Below are positions 19,648-29,442 of a DNA stretch of 64,000 nt, in pieces. The notes below the pieces were generated by a model, which saw only the letters and a list, made by a program, of their open reading frames with translations, was not told where the DNA came from and searched no databases. This stretch comes from an uncultured Spirochaetota bacterium (GTDB lineage Bacteria > Spirochaetota > Spirochaetia > SZUA-6 > Fen-1364): the NCBI GenBank assembly GCA_963845535.1, contig CAWJSK010000012.1, forward strand, positions 672,001 to 736,000, given 5' to 3'. Within the stretch, counting starts at the first letter, position 1, and each line of letters begins with the position of its first letter. Position numbers and translations under genes: made by a program.

Positions 19648-20958
19648 ATGAGAGAAAAACATTTTCGGACCTTCCTTCTTGTTTGCGCCGCGGCGGCCTT
19701 CCTGCTGACAGCGGCGGGAGCGTTTGCCGGAGGAGCCAAGGAAAGCACATCCGGCGCCGCGCCGAGCTCGACCGCGGTCAAGGAGCTGTCTCTCTGGGAC
19801 TTCCACGGCGCCGCCGAAGGAGAGTTCTTCAAGAGCCTTCCCGACCTGTACGCCCAGGTCAATCCCCAGGTGAAGATCACCGTGCAGACCGTCCCCTGGG
19901 ACGACTATCTGGGCACCAAGCTCGAAGCTGCCTTTGCTGCCGGCGCTGGTCCTGACCTTTTCTTCGTCAGCCCGGGCACCATCGGAAAGTACATCAACTC
20001 CGGGATCGCCTACCCGCTGAACGCATTCATGACGGACACAATCGTCTCGGATTTCTCACCGAGCTCGATCAAAGGCGTTTCCATCGGGGACAAGATCTAC
20101 GCCATTCCCTTTGAGATCGAGCTGGTTGGCCTGTACTACGACGCGGACGTCCTGGCCGCCGCCGGCGTTCAACCTCCGGCAACCTGGGATGACCTGAAAG
20201 CGGCGGCGCTCAAGCTCAAGACCGACAAGAGAGCCGGGATAACGATCGAAGTGAGCAAAGGCGCGTACCAGACCTACACCTGGTATCCGTTCCTGTGGCA
20301 GACGGGAGCGGACGTGTTCACGGCGGACCTGAAACACTCCGCCCTGGACCAACCCGGCGTGGCGCAAGCGCTCCAGTTGTGGAAGGACCTCATTGACTCC
20401 GGAGCCGCCAACCTTCGGCCCAGCAGGTCCACCACGGACATCGGCATTCTGGGGGACGGAGAGACCGCCATGCAGATCTGCGGCTCCTGGGCAATCCCGA
20501 CAATCGAAAACCAGTACAAGACCAAGAACATCAAGGTCGTGCGGTTTCCCATCCCTGACGGCGGGAAGCCGGCGGACGTCGCCGGAGGATGGAAGTTCAT
20601 GGTGAACGCCAAGGGCAAATACCCGGAGGAAGCGGCAAAGTTCGCGGTGTGGGCATTCGGCACGAACGTCGACATCCCGCTGAAGTGGACCACGGTCACG
20701 AAGTTCGCATACTCACCGCGCAAGTCGGTGATTGCCGCGGGCCAGGCGATATTCACCAAGGGGCTTCGCGCCGTGTTCACGAACGATATCTACGGGACGG
20801 AGAAACCCGAGATCCGAATGCCGGCAGAGGCGAGCAGCATCCTCGAGGACATGATCCAGAACGCCATGTTCAACAAGGACTATGACGGCGCCAAAGCGGC
20901 CATGGAAGCCCACCAGCGGATGGAGGCATTCCTGAAGTCGTACCCCGGACAAATCTAG
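19648..20958 (+). CDS. Carbohydrate ABC transporter substrate-binding protein
   Basis: GAGGAGG RBS; signal peptide ending AFAGGAKE; GPDLF, IYAIP, PATWDDL. Confidence 0.92.
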   Translation: MREKHFRTFLLVCAAAAFLLTAAGAFAGGAKESTSGAAPSSTAVKELSLWDFHGAAEGEFFKSLPDLYAQVNPQVKITVQTVPWDDYLGTKLEAAFAAGAGPDLFFVSPGTIGKYINSGIAYPLNAFMTDTIVSDFSPSSIKGVSIGDKIYAIPFEIELVGLYYDADVLAAAGVQPPATWDDLKAAALKLKTDKRAGITIEVSKGAYQTYTWYPFLWQTGADVFTADLKHSALDQPGVAQALQLWKDLIDSGAANLRPSRSTTDIGILGDGETAMQICGSWAIPTIENQYKTKNIKVVRFPIPDGGKPADVAGGWKFMVNAKGKYPEEAAKFAVWAFGTNVDIPLKWTTVTKFAYSPRKSVIAAGQAIFTKGLRAVFTNDIYGTEKPEIRMPAEASSILEDMIQNAMFNKDYDGAKAAMEAHQRMEAFLKSYPGQI

Positions 20959-20983
20959 GCTGCTGAGAGAACATGCTATTTTT

Positions 20984-21021
20984 GAGAGGCATCCCGCTAC
21001 CCCGCAACGGGGATGCCTCTC
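20984..21021 (+). terminator. Intercistronic stem-loop after the SBP gene (terminator or mRNA stabiliser)
   Basis: 12-bp inverted repeat GAGAGGCATCCC / GGGATGCCTCTC followed by TTCCTTT. Confidence 0.65.
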
Positions 21022-21043
21022 TTCCTTTACGAGGGAGAGCGGA

Positions 21044-21931
21044 ATGCGCCGAATGAGAAGGGACAGGCTCCAGGAAGCGCTGTCCGCGTACGCGATGCTC
21101 CTGCCTGACGTGGCAGGGCTCCTCATTTTCCTGTTCATCCCAATCGTCTCCGCCTTCGTGGTCAGCCTCCATTCATGGAACGGCCTGAGGCCAATGGTCT
21201 ACGCGGGCGGCGCAAACTACCAGCGTCTCCTGGGAGATCAGGTATTCTGGCAGTCCCTTCTTACCACCGTCAGGTACGCCGTCATGTACGTTCCGGCGGT
21301 CTTCGTCATCTCCTTCGCCCTCGCCGTCCTGGTGAACGGCATCAAGGGCAGAAAGCAGCAGGTCTTTCGGACGCTTCTGTTCATCCCTTTCGCCATCTCG
21401 ACCGTCGTCGCCGCCCTTGCGTGGTCATTCATCTACGACCCCATGCGGGGGTATCTCAACAGCTTCCTGAGCTTGTTCAGGATACCAGCGCAGCCGTACC
21501 TGGGTTCGATGGGCCAGGCGCTTCCGTCCGTGGCCATCGTGGGGATCTGGCTCGTGATCGGCTATTACATGGTGATCTTTCTTGCGGCCATCAAGGACAT
21601 TCCCCAAACCTATTTCGAGGCCGCGGAGATCGACGGCGCCAACCCATGGCAGAAGCTCGTGTACATAACGTTCCCCTCCGTTCGCGACACGAGCCTCTTC
21701 GTGGCCATCGTCACCACCATCGGATCCTTCCAGGTCTTCGACCAGATCCAGGTCATGACCCGGGGAGGCCCGGCGGCCGCCACGAACGTCACCGTCTACT
21801 ACATCTTCCGGCAGGCCTTCGAGATCTCCGAGCTGGGCTACGCCTCGGCAACGGCGTTCATCCTGTTCATCATCATCATGACCCTCACGCTCGTTCAGCT
21901 GCGCGTGTTCGGCGCAACCCGGCGGCAGTAG
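21044..21931 (+). CDS. Sugar ABC transporter permease
   Basis: EAA loop EAAEIDGANPWQ; about 6 TM segments. Confidence 0.93.
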   Translation: MRRMRRDRLQEALSAYAMLLPDVAGLLIFLFIPIVSAFVVSLHSWNGLRPMVYAGGANYQRLLGDQVFWQSLLTTVRYAVMYVPAVFVISFALAVLVNGIKGRKQQVFRTLLFIPFAISTVVAALAWSFIYDPMRGYLNSFLSLFRIPAQPYLGSMGQALPSVAIVGIWLVIGYYMVIFLAAIKDIPQTYFEAAEIDGANPWQKLVYITFPSVRDTSLFVAIVTTIGSFQVFDQIQVMTRGGPAAATNVTVYYIFRQAFEISELGYASATAFILFIIIMTLTLVQLRVFGATRRQ

Positions 21932-21940
21932 AGGCCGGTG

Positions 21941-22765
21941 ATGAAGTCTGGGAAAGGAAGACAGGCCATCCTCATTACCGCGGGCGTGATCGCCGTGGTC
22001 ATCATGCTGCTCCCCATCTACATCATGGTGTTGAGCTCATTCAAGCCGCTCTCCCGGATCTTCGACCTTGTGCTCCTGCCCAGTCCGGCGAGCCTGACGC
22101 TGGACAACTACCGCCAGGTGCTCGTGAGCGAGAACTTCCCGCACTACATCGGCAACTCGCTCTTCGTCGCGGTGACCGTGACGGTGGTTGCCCTTTTCTT
22201 CCACTCCACCGCGGGGTACGCGCTGGCACGGCTTCGATTCCCCGGCCGCCAGCTCATCTTCGTGTGGATCCTCAGCACGCTCATGGTTCCTTTCGCCGTC
22301 ATCATGATCCCGCTCTTCATTCTTGTGCGGAATCTCGGGATCACGAACTCCCTCTGGGGCATCATCCTCCCGGCCATACCCCACGCCTACGGGATCTTCC
22401 TCTTCCGTCAGTTCTACCTGGGGATCCCCCGAGAGCTTGAAGAATCCGCCATGATGGACGGCCTGTCCCATTACGGCATCTTTTTCAGAATAGTGGCGCC
22501 GCTCTCCACCGCCATCGCCGTCACGCTTGCCGTGGCCTTCTTCGTGGCAAACTGGAACAACTACCTCTGGCCCCTGATCGTGACGCAGAAGCAGTCGCTG
22601 TGGGTGATCCAGATTGCCATCGCGAACTTCCGCGGAGAGCGCATGATTGCCTGGAACCTCGTGCTGGCGGCTTCGTGCATCACGATCATCCCTACCGTCG
22701 TCATCTTCCTCGTCTTCCAGCGCTACCTGGTGGAAGGGATCAAGATGTCGGGCATCAAGATGTAA
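21941..22765 (+). CDS. Sugar ABC transporter permease
   Basis: GYALARLRFPGR, EESAMMDG, WNNYLWP. Confidence 0.93.
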   Translation: MKSGKGRQAILITAGVIAVVIMLLPIYIMVLSSFKPLSRIFDLVLLPSPASLTLDNYRQVLVSENFPHYIGNSLFVAVTVTVVALFFHSTAGYALARLRFPGRQLIFVWILSTLMVPFAVIMIPLFILVRNLGITNSLWGIILPAIPHAYGIFLFRQFYLGIPRELEESAMMDGLSHYGIFFRIVAPLSTAIAVTLAVAFFVANWNNYLWPLIVTQKQSLWVIQIAIANFRGERMIAWNLVLAASCITIIPTVVIFLVFQRYLVEGIKMSGIKM

Positions 22766-22807
22766 AGAACCCCGTGCTGCTGTACAATCCCCTGACCAGG
22801 AGGAACC

Positions 22808-23896
22808 ATGCGCATTGCGGGAAGGGAGTACACCCGCCGGGAAGCCGAACGAAGGATCGGCAACCTGCGGCAGCTTGGCGGGATCCGCCACTGCGAGCTT
22901 ACGGACGGCAAAGCGCGCGGGGTGCGGGCCCTCGAGGTCACGACGGGCAGCGGGCTTGCTTTCACCGTCCTCCCCGATCGTGGGATGGACGTCGCAGATT
23001 TCACCTACAAGGGCATCAATCTCGTCTATCACACGGCGAGCGGCATTACGCATCCCGCGTATTACGACCCTGTAGGAGCGGAATGGCTGAGGGTCTTTTT
23101 CGGCGGGCTCCTCACGACCTGCGGCCTTACGTATTTCGGCCGGCCAGGCCGGGATGGAGAGGAAGACCTCGGCCTTCATGGAAGGTACTCGGCGCTTCCC
23201 GCGGTCAGAGTATCGGACCTTTCCCGATGGGAAGGAGACGAGTACCTCCTCGAGATCACCGGCATAATTGAGGAGGCCGTCATCTTTGGGCACAAGCTCA
23301 GGCTGACCCGGTCCTTTTCCACCGCCATCGGCTCGAAAAGCCTGCGCATCCGCGACCGTGTGGAGAACTTCGGCTCCAAACCTTCCCCCTTCCTCATCCT
23401 CTATCACATGAACGCAGGGTTCCCGCTTCTTGATCAGACAGCCGAGCTGGTTGCCGCATCTCGCGGCGTTGAACCATATGACGAGGGGTCCGCGACCGGC
23501 CTTGCGGGAGTCACCAGGTTTGCGGCGCCGGAGGCTGAGTTTGCCGAGATGAACTTCCTTCACACCATGGCCGCGGACGAACATGGTTTCACCAGTGCCG
23601 CGCTCATCAACAGGTCCTTGGCGGGCGGACTCGGGCTCGGCCTTCGTTATCAGACAGCCACTCTCCCCTACCTGAGCCAGTGGAAGATGCTCGCTGATGT
23701 TGACTACGTGGTCGGGATTGAACCGGTGAATGCAAAGATCGCAAACCGCGCCGATCTTCGAGCAGAAGGCAGGCTTCCCTTGATTGAGCCGGGGGAGACC
23801 AAGGAGATGCACCTCGAGGTGAGTGTCCTTGACGGCAGCGCGGAGATCGATGCCTTCTGCGCAGAGACAAAGAGAATCCAAGGGAGGGCACTATGA
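22808..23896 (+). CDS. Aldose 1-epimerase-like DUF4432 protein
   Basis: DRGMDV, GGLLTTCGL, LHGR, LYHMNAGFP, GIEP. Confidence 0.85.
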   Translation: MRIAGREYTRREAERRIGNLRQLGGIRHCELTDGKARGVRALEVTTGSGLAFTVLPDRGMDVADFTYKGINLVYHTASGITHPAYYDPVGAEWLRVFFGGLLTTCGLTYFGRPGRDGEEDLGLHGRYSALPAVRVSDLSRWEGDEYLLEITGIIEEAVIFGHKLRLTRSFSTAIGSKSLRIRDRVENFGSKPSPFLILYHMNAGFPLLDQTAELVAASRGVEPYDEGSATGLAGVTRFAAPEAEFAEMNFLHTMAADEHGFTSAALINRSLAGGLGLGLRYQTATLPYLSQWKMLADVDYVVGIEPVNAKIANRADLRAEGRLPLIEPGETKEMHLEVSVLDGSAEIDAFCAETKRIQGRAL

Positions 23897-25275
23897 TTAC
23901 CCCGAGCGCAGGCTTCGTTGTATACGGCGTCCACAAGGACGGTCTTGCTGATCCGATGGGAACGCCCTTCATCGACGAAAAAACCGTGGCCCATTCCCGT
24001 GACGCCTTGAAGGCGCGGGGCATCAAGCTTCGCGAGCACCCGATTGTGATAGCGAGCAAGGCAGAAGCCCGGGCCGCGCTGGATGAAATGAAGAAGGACG
24101 ATGCCGTGGACTGCCTGGTGCTCTTCTCCGGCACATGGGTGTGGGCCGCGCACCTGGTGGCTGCCATTCGGGACTTTGCCATGAGCGGCAAACCCGTCCT
24201 GATCTGGACCCATCCGGGCTCCCAGGGATGGCGGCCCGTGGGAGGGCTGGTCCTTCACGGAGCGCTCCTGGAGGTGGGCATCCCTCACAAGTTCGTGTAC
24301 GGAAGCGCAGACGACCCGGCCGAAGTGGACCGCGTCTCGAGCTGGTGCAAGGCGGCGCACCTGAAGCGGCTCCTGAACATGGCCACCATTGGGACGTTCG
24401 GCGGCCGAGGGATGGGGCAGACCTGCGGGGCAGCCGACCCTTCCCAATGGATGCGGACCTTCGGCGTGGACATCGATTCGCGCGACACCGCGGAGCTGAT
24501 TCGGGCCGCTCAGGAAGTCAGCGCGGAGGAGCTCCGCGCGCTGGAGCCGCGTCTCGTGAAGCTCTTCGGCAAAGCCCCTGAAAAAAGCCTCGTGAACGAA
24601 AAGTCCATGCGGCTGTACCTGGCAATCAAGAAGATCGTGGAAAAAGAGGGCTTTGATTTCTACACTATCCAGTCGTTCCCCGGCCTTGCGGATGACTACG
24701 CGGCAACCTGCTTTGCGCAGAGCATGATGCTGGAGGACGGATGCCCAACGAGCACCCTGGGGGACTTCAACACCGCCCTTTCCGTGTTCCTCCTGACAAA
24801 GCTGAGCAAGGACCTCGTATACTATGGAGACTTGCAACACATCGACAAGAAAAAGAAAGAGATCAAGATCATTGGCGATGGCGCCGTGCCGCCTTCTTTG
24901 GCCGGGAAGCTTGGTCCCGCGGGATTTGCGGAGCACGGGATCCCCACGGAAGGCGGGGCCGGCGGGCTCTCTGTGCGGCTCATCTGTAAGGCCGGGGAAG
25001 GCGCGCTTGCCCGTCTGGGCAGGGTGAACGGCGACTTCCAGATGGTGATCGTCCCCTGCTCCATCTTCGAGCCGCCTGCTGATCAGGTGGAGGCACGGCT
25101 TGCGGAGTGCGGCATCCCGTTCTGGCCGCATGGCTTTGTGACCGCGCACGCAGACATGGACGCGCTCCTCCAAAGCTGGACGAACGAATACGCGTGCTTG
25201 GGGTATGGGGCAGATCTGGCGCCTGCGCTGGAAGACTTCTGCGAGCTGACAGGAGTGAAAGCCATCAGGCCGTGA
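23893..25275 (+). CDS. L-fucose/D-arabinose isomerase-like family protein
   Basis: Fold pattern GTFGGRGMG, RLYLAIKKIV, LARLGR; ATGA coupling with DUF4432. Confidence 0.7.
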   Translation: MITPSAGFVVYGVHKDGLADPMGTPFIDEKTVAHSRDALKARGIKLREHPIVIASKAEARAALDEMKKDDAVDCLVLFSGTWVWAAHLVAAIRDFAMSGKPVLIWTHPGSQGWRPVGGLVLHGALLEVGIPHKFVYGSADDPAEVDRVSSWCKAAHLKRLLNMATIGTFGGRGMGQTCGAADPSQWMRTFGVDIDSRDTAELIRAAQEVSAEELRALEPRLVKLFGKAPEKSLVNEKSMRLYLAIKKIVEKEGFDFYTIQSFPGLADDYAATCFAQSMMLEDGCPTSTLGDFNTALSVFLLTKLSKDLVYYGDLQHIDKKKKEIKIIGDGAVPPSLAGKLGPAGFAEHGIPTEGGAGGLSVRLICKAGEGALARLGRVNGDFQMVIVPCSIFEPPADQVEARLAECGIPFWPHGFVTAHADMDALLQSWTNEYACLGYGADLAPALEDFCELTGVKAIRP

Positions 25276-25340
25276 GAAAACGCGCCATAACGCGGCCCGC
25301 CGTGCTGACCCGCATCGTTACCACCACAGGCTGAGAAAAG

Positions 25341-25747
25341 CTAAACCAGGCTCACCGCTTCCTCCGAGAACTGATGTACTCGCTCTTTGATTGCATCACG
25401 CATACCGCGCACCTGGGCCATGATCGTTTCATCCGAGCCTCCAGGCCTGCGCTTTCGACCTCGTACCTATCTCCACCGAACTTCCTGAGATAGGCCTCGG
25501 CCATTTGACTCCTGGCGGAGTTGTGTGTGCAGACGAGAATCGCGCCCGCGGCCACGCTCCCAACGTCGGTGAAGCCTGCACTCTTGATCATCGTAGTAAG
25601 CTCATCGACAGGCGAAGCCCCTGCGATGCATGCGGAGTACGATGCGAGGTCGCCTCGCAGCTCATCCGTGAGCTTTCCCGAGGCAACCATGTCGGAGACG
25701 GCCAGACGCCCTCCGCGCTTCAACACGCGAAATATGAGGTTGAGCAA
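25341..25747 (-). pseudogene. arsM/arsC: Decayed ars remnant: C-terminal half of ArsM joined to an internally deleted ArsC
   Basis: [27 protein letters not shown] (ArsM), then [21 protein letters not shown] (ArsC P-loop). The ArsC tail [21 protein letters not shown] is in another frame. Confidence 0.78.
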
Positions 25748-25847
25748 AATGTAGGTGTTCCTCTTCCTCAGGTGATGCAGTGCCTCATCTCCGCCAGCCT
25801 GCGCTTATGGAGTCTTCATGTTTTCCCCTTCATTTCGATCCGTACCA

Positions 25848-26105
25848 TCAAGTGATAGTTGCTCGTAGTCTCGCAAAAACCAGCGGCCGTACTTCATCGA
25901 CGAGACCTTTGCAGCCCTGTTGCAAAAGAAGCGTTGGGACTTGCTCACCCACCGGCGCATGACGGCGGGCTATCCCGATGCGTTTCTTCTCTTCCTTTCG
26001 ATTCTTTCGCGCGGCATCTGCCAACCGCCCATCGTCCGCCCGCGAATGGATTGGGTTCTGAGCCTGTTTTGCGCCAATGTACAGCGCGTACCAGTTATGG
26101 TACAT
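25848..26105 (-). CDS. Small hypothetical protein divergent from the CGNR gene
   Basis: Strong AAGGAGGAGGA RBS (26110-26120) and an upstream TTGACA-N17-TATGTT promoter. The 3' end is uncertain. Confidence 0.5.
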   Translation of the reverse strand: MYHNWYALYIGAKQAQNPIHSRADDGRLADAARKNRKEEKKRIGIARRHAPVGEQVPTLLLQQGCKGLVDEVRPLVFARLRATIT

Positions 26106-26192
26106 GGATTCCTCCTCCTTGACCTGTCGTCTGCAACAAAATTAGGGCTGCTTGCCGTCCGCTTCTTGAGGACGTGGTTGCATAAAGCCAGG

Positions 26193-26272
26193 TAACCTGC
26201 TATAAGACGTTAACGGGTTATAACATAGTCAAGGTCGAGTAACTTGTCAAATTTATTTTGATGGTTACTCGA
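26193..26272. promoter_or_regulatory. Tandem TAAC-N20-GTTA palindromic boxes overlapping a minus-strand sigma70 promoter
   Basis: TAACC-N18-GGTTA at 26193-26220; TCGAGTAAC-N20-GTTACTCGA at 26235-26272; -35 TTGACA at 26250-26245 and -10 TATGTT at 26227-26222. Confidence 0.65.
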
Positions 26273-26284
26273 AAAGGAGAACAT

Positions 26285-26896
26285 ATGAACTCGAAATCGC
26301 AGATAGCATCCAGAGAAATGCTGGGAGAAAATCTCTGCCTGGACTACCTTAATCCGGTTATTGCCGACGGACAGAGCGACTACTTCTTCAGCTCGTACGA
26401 GCGTCTCGTCGATTGGGGCGTTGCGGTGGGAACCGTGAATACGACCGAGGCGAAATCCCTGCAGGCTGTCGCCGAAAGCGTTCCGCCGGATGCTACCCAA
26501 GAAGCACTTCGGTACGCGCGATCGATCCGGGATCTCCTGCGGACGATTTTTGCCCCCCTTGCAACAGGCGATAAGGTCGATGCTGATATAGAGACGTTGA
26601 ACGAAGTCTATGCCCGGGCCTCGGAGCACCGGCGCCTGACCGTTTCCCGGAACCGACTCCTCTGGGTGTGGACTTCGGACGGGCACCCAGGCAAAATGTT
26701 TTGGCCAGTAATCCCTGCTGCGGTGGATTTGCTTTTGTCAGCAGAGCTGTCTCGCTTGCGCTCGTGCGTTGGATGCAGCTGGCTTTTTCTGGACACTTCG
26801 AAAAACCACAGTCGCCGCTGGTGCCGCATGAAAGACTGCGGAAACCGAGAAAAGGCGCGATCCTACCGGCAGAGGAAAAAGCCGTCCCGGATCTGA
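26285..26896 (+). CDS. ABATE/CGNR zinc-finger domain protein (putative regulator)
   Basis: LCLDYLN at the N-terminus; C-terminal CVGCSWLFLDTSKNHSRRWCRMKDCGNREKAR; AAGGAG RBS. Confidence 0.92.
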   Translation: MNSKSQIASREMLGENLCLDYLNPVIADGQSDYFFSSYERLVDWGVAVGTVNTTEAKSLQAVAESVPPDATQEALRYARSIRDLLRTIFAPLATGDKVDADIETLNEVYARASEHRRLTVSRNRLLWVWTSDGHPGKMFWPVIPAAVDLLLSAELSRLRSCVGCSWLFLDTSKNHSRRWCRMKDCGNREKARSYRQRKKPSRI

Positions 26897-27014
26897 AAAC
26901 AACTCGAAGAAGGTGACCGGGCAAGATCGAAAGGGCGACAAAACTATATGGCCAAATGCGCGATTGTCCCTTTCTCCTCTTCCCGTTCGACTACTCAGTG
27001 CAGGAGGAAAAGCG

Positions 27015-27473
27015 ATGAAATACATTCTTGCAGTATGCCTGGCCCTCGCGGCGATACCGACCGTGTATTCCCAGCAGGTGACGACGGACAAACTGCTGAT
27101 GATCAGCATGGCGGTCCGCGACATGGACAAATCCGAATTGTTCTATACCTCAGCCCTGGGCTTGAAGGCCACGCAGGATTACAGCCAGGGCGGACAACGA
27201 TGGGTGTCTCTGAGTCTGCCCGGCGGCGGGGCATCCATGAGTTTGTTGCAGGCTGCGAACACCGAGAACCTCAGGCCAGGGACCCAGAAGTTGTACTTTA
27301 CGACCTCCGACGCCGAGTCATTGTACAAGGCAATCAAGGCGAAAGGCATCGCGCCAACCCACGAGCTCACGAAAGAAACCTGGCAAGGGTCGCCGTGGGC
27401 CGCATGGTTCGGCCTGTCGGACCCGGACGGGAACCAAATAATGATTGTACAGATGAAGACCGCTGCCGAGTAG
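27015..27473 (+). CDS. VOC/glyoxalase family protein with signal peptide
   Basis: AGGAGG RBS; MKYILAVCLALAAIPTVYSQ; VRDMDKSELFY..LGL; DPDGNQI. Confidence 0.82.
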   Translation: MKYILAVCLALAAIPTVYSQQVTTDKLLMISMAVRDMDKSELFYTSALGLKATQDYSQGGQRWVSLSLPGGGASMSLLQAANTENLRPGTQKLYFTTSDAESLYKAIKAKGIAPTHELTKETWQGSPWAAWFGLSDPDGNQIMIVQMKTAAE

Positions 27474-27679
27474 TCCCAGGCGCGAGGATAGTCTCAACGT
27501 CGCTCCTTCATCTCGGTGAGCAGGATGAGGGAGCGATTTGCCATTTCGGCATGAAGACCCTCTTCAGCTCAGGCACGGCCTGATATCGCTTCTTGTAATA
27601 AGATTCGCGCTGACAATTTCCTGAAATCTTGACCAAAAAATGTGCCGCAGTAAATTCAATTCCAGAGAGAGGGAAACCG

Positions 27680-29359
27680 ATGACTGGCAGGAATCGCAAG
27701 CGAAGTCTCGGCGTCAGTTTTGTGCCGGATCGTACGCCGCTCACCAAGGCACCAGTTCCGCGGCCCTCTTCTGGAATAATAGAGCCCGGCATAATCCTGG
27801 AACGCGATGTGCGCGTACCCATGCCAGACGGGGTACGGTTGTCAGCGAACGTTTTTCGACCTGCCGCCGCTGGCGCCTGCCCGGCCATACTGTCCGTCAC
27901 TCCGTACGGAAAAGACAACCTGCCTGACCGCAAGTTCATGTTTTTCATGCGTCTGGCAGGCGTGCGCTTCGGCAAACTCGACTGCTCGAAATGGACAGGC
28001 TTTGAAGCGCCCGACCCGATCTATTGGGTACGGCAAGGATATGCAGTAGCCCAGGTGGATGTGCGCGGCATGCATGCCTCAGAGGGCTCGGCTGGTGTGT
28101 TGAATGACCAGGACGCTGAGGACTATGCCGCCTTTATCGCGTGGGCAGCAGCCCAGTCGTGGTGCAACGGTCGCGTCGGCTTGATGGGCGTTTCTTTTCT
28201 TGCCATGTCGCAGTTTCGGGTGGCGGCGCTACGGCCGCCGGCCCTCAAGGCAATCTGTCCCTGGGAAGGCGTCACGGATCAGTTTCGAGAATTAGCATAC
28301 CAGGATGGCGTACCTGAAACAGGCTTTACTACAATCTGGTGGAAGAGGCGGCTTGTACCCAGCCACAACAAACGTTTCCCCATGGCAGAGGACTATCTGG
28401 CAAACATCGAGCAGCACCCGTTTGACGACGATTATTGGGCCGGCAAGCGGCCTGCCCTTGAAAAGATCGATGTGCCCGCGCTCATCTGTGCCAGTTGGTC
28501 TGACCACGGCCTTCATACCCGCGGCTCCTTTATTGGTTATGAACGGATCCGATCGACACAAAAGTGGCTGTTCACGCATGGCCGACGCAAATGGGAGACG
28601 TTTTACGGCTCAGAGGCCAAGGCCATTCAGACGACGTTTTTCGCCTTCACCCTCAAGCAACAGCCGAACGCCATGGACGGCATCCCGGCAGTACGCCTGG
28701 AGCGCCGGCGAGCATGGTACCAGGCTGATGTCCGCGCTGAACCGACCTGGCCTCTGCCAGCGGCAAAGTCTACTCCACTCTATCTGTCTATTCCAATGAA
28801 ACTGGTGCCAGAACATCCCAAAACGGCGGCTGTAGCTTCGTATGATTCAAAAGCCCGAAAGGACTGCGCGAGCTTCGGATATACTTTCGATCGCGACATC
28901 GAGTTGACAGGCAGCATGCGGCTCAAGCTGTGGGTGAGCACGTCCGACTCGGAGGACCTCGACCTCTTCATCACTCTCCACAAGCTCGACAAAGCGGGGC
29001 GTGAGATTTATTTCCCCGGCTACAACGGCTTTGATCGAGATTGCGTGGCCAAAGGTTGGCTGCGTGCCTCTCACCGCGAGCTTGACCCGACGCTCAGCAC
29101 CCCACTTCGGCCCTGGCACACCCACCGCAGGGCGGAGCCAATTCCGCGAGGTCAAACCGTGCCGGTGGAGATCGAGATACTACCCTCAAGCACACTGTTT
29201 GAAGCTGGCACTACGCTCCGGCTCGACATCCAAGGCCATGACGCCGCTCGCTATCCAGCTTTCGGGCACAAGCGAACCGTCAATAGAGGCCTGCACCTGA
29301 TCCACTGCGGCGGAGAGTTCGACTCTCAACTGGCCGCACCGTGGATCATCCCGTTGTAG
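27680..29359 (+). CDS. CocE/NonD family hydrolase
   Basis: MPDGVRLSANVFRP, TPYGKD, DVRG, GVSFLA nucleophile, WSDHGLH, GWLRASHRELD. Confidence 0.9.
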   Translation: MTGRNRKRSLGVSFVPDRTPLTKAPVPRPSSGIIEPGIILERDVRVPMPDGVRLSANVFRPAAAGACPAILSVTPYGKDNLPDRKFMFFMRLAGVRFGKLDCSKWTGFEAPDPIYWVRQGYAVAQVDVRGMHASEGSAGVLNDQDAEDYAAFIAWAAAQSWCNGRVGLMGVSFLAMSQFRVAALRPPALKAICPWEGVTDQFRELAYQDGVPETGFTTIWWKRRLVPSHNKRFPMAEDYLANIEQHPFDDDYWAGKRPALEKIDVPALICASWSDHGLHTRGSFIGYERIRSTQKWLFTHGRRKWETFYGSEAKAIQTTFFAFTLKQQPNAMDGIPAVRLERRRAWYQADVRAEPTWPLPAAKSTPLYLSIPMKLVPEHPKTAAVASYDSKARKDCASFGYTFDRDIELTGSMRLKLWVSTSDSEDLDLFITLHKLDKAGREIYFPGYNGFDRDCVAKGWLRASHRELDPTLSTPLRPWHTHRRAEPIPRGQTVPVEIEILPSSTLFEAGTTLRLDIQGHDAARYPAFGHKRTVNRGLHLIHCGGEFDSQLAAPWIIPL

Positions 29360-29442
29360 CGGCCGCCGGTGCCTCAGGTGTTGCAATGATCAATTGGGCG
29401 GTCCTACTATAAAGGAAAGTTGAAGCTGGAGACGATAAAGAC

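Noticed and set aside
22037..25173. Long minus-strand ORFs (614 aa and 489 aa)
   Set aside because: Antisense shadows of well-supported plus-strand genes in high-GC DNA; no recognisable motifs.
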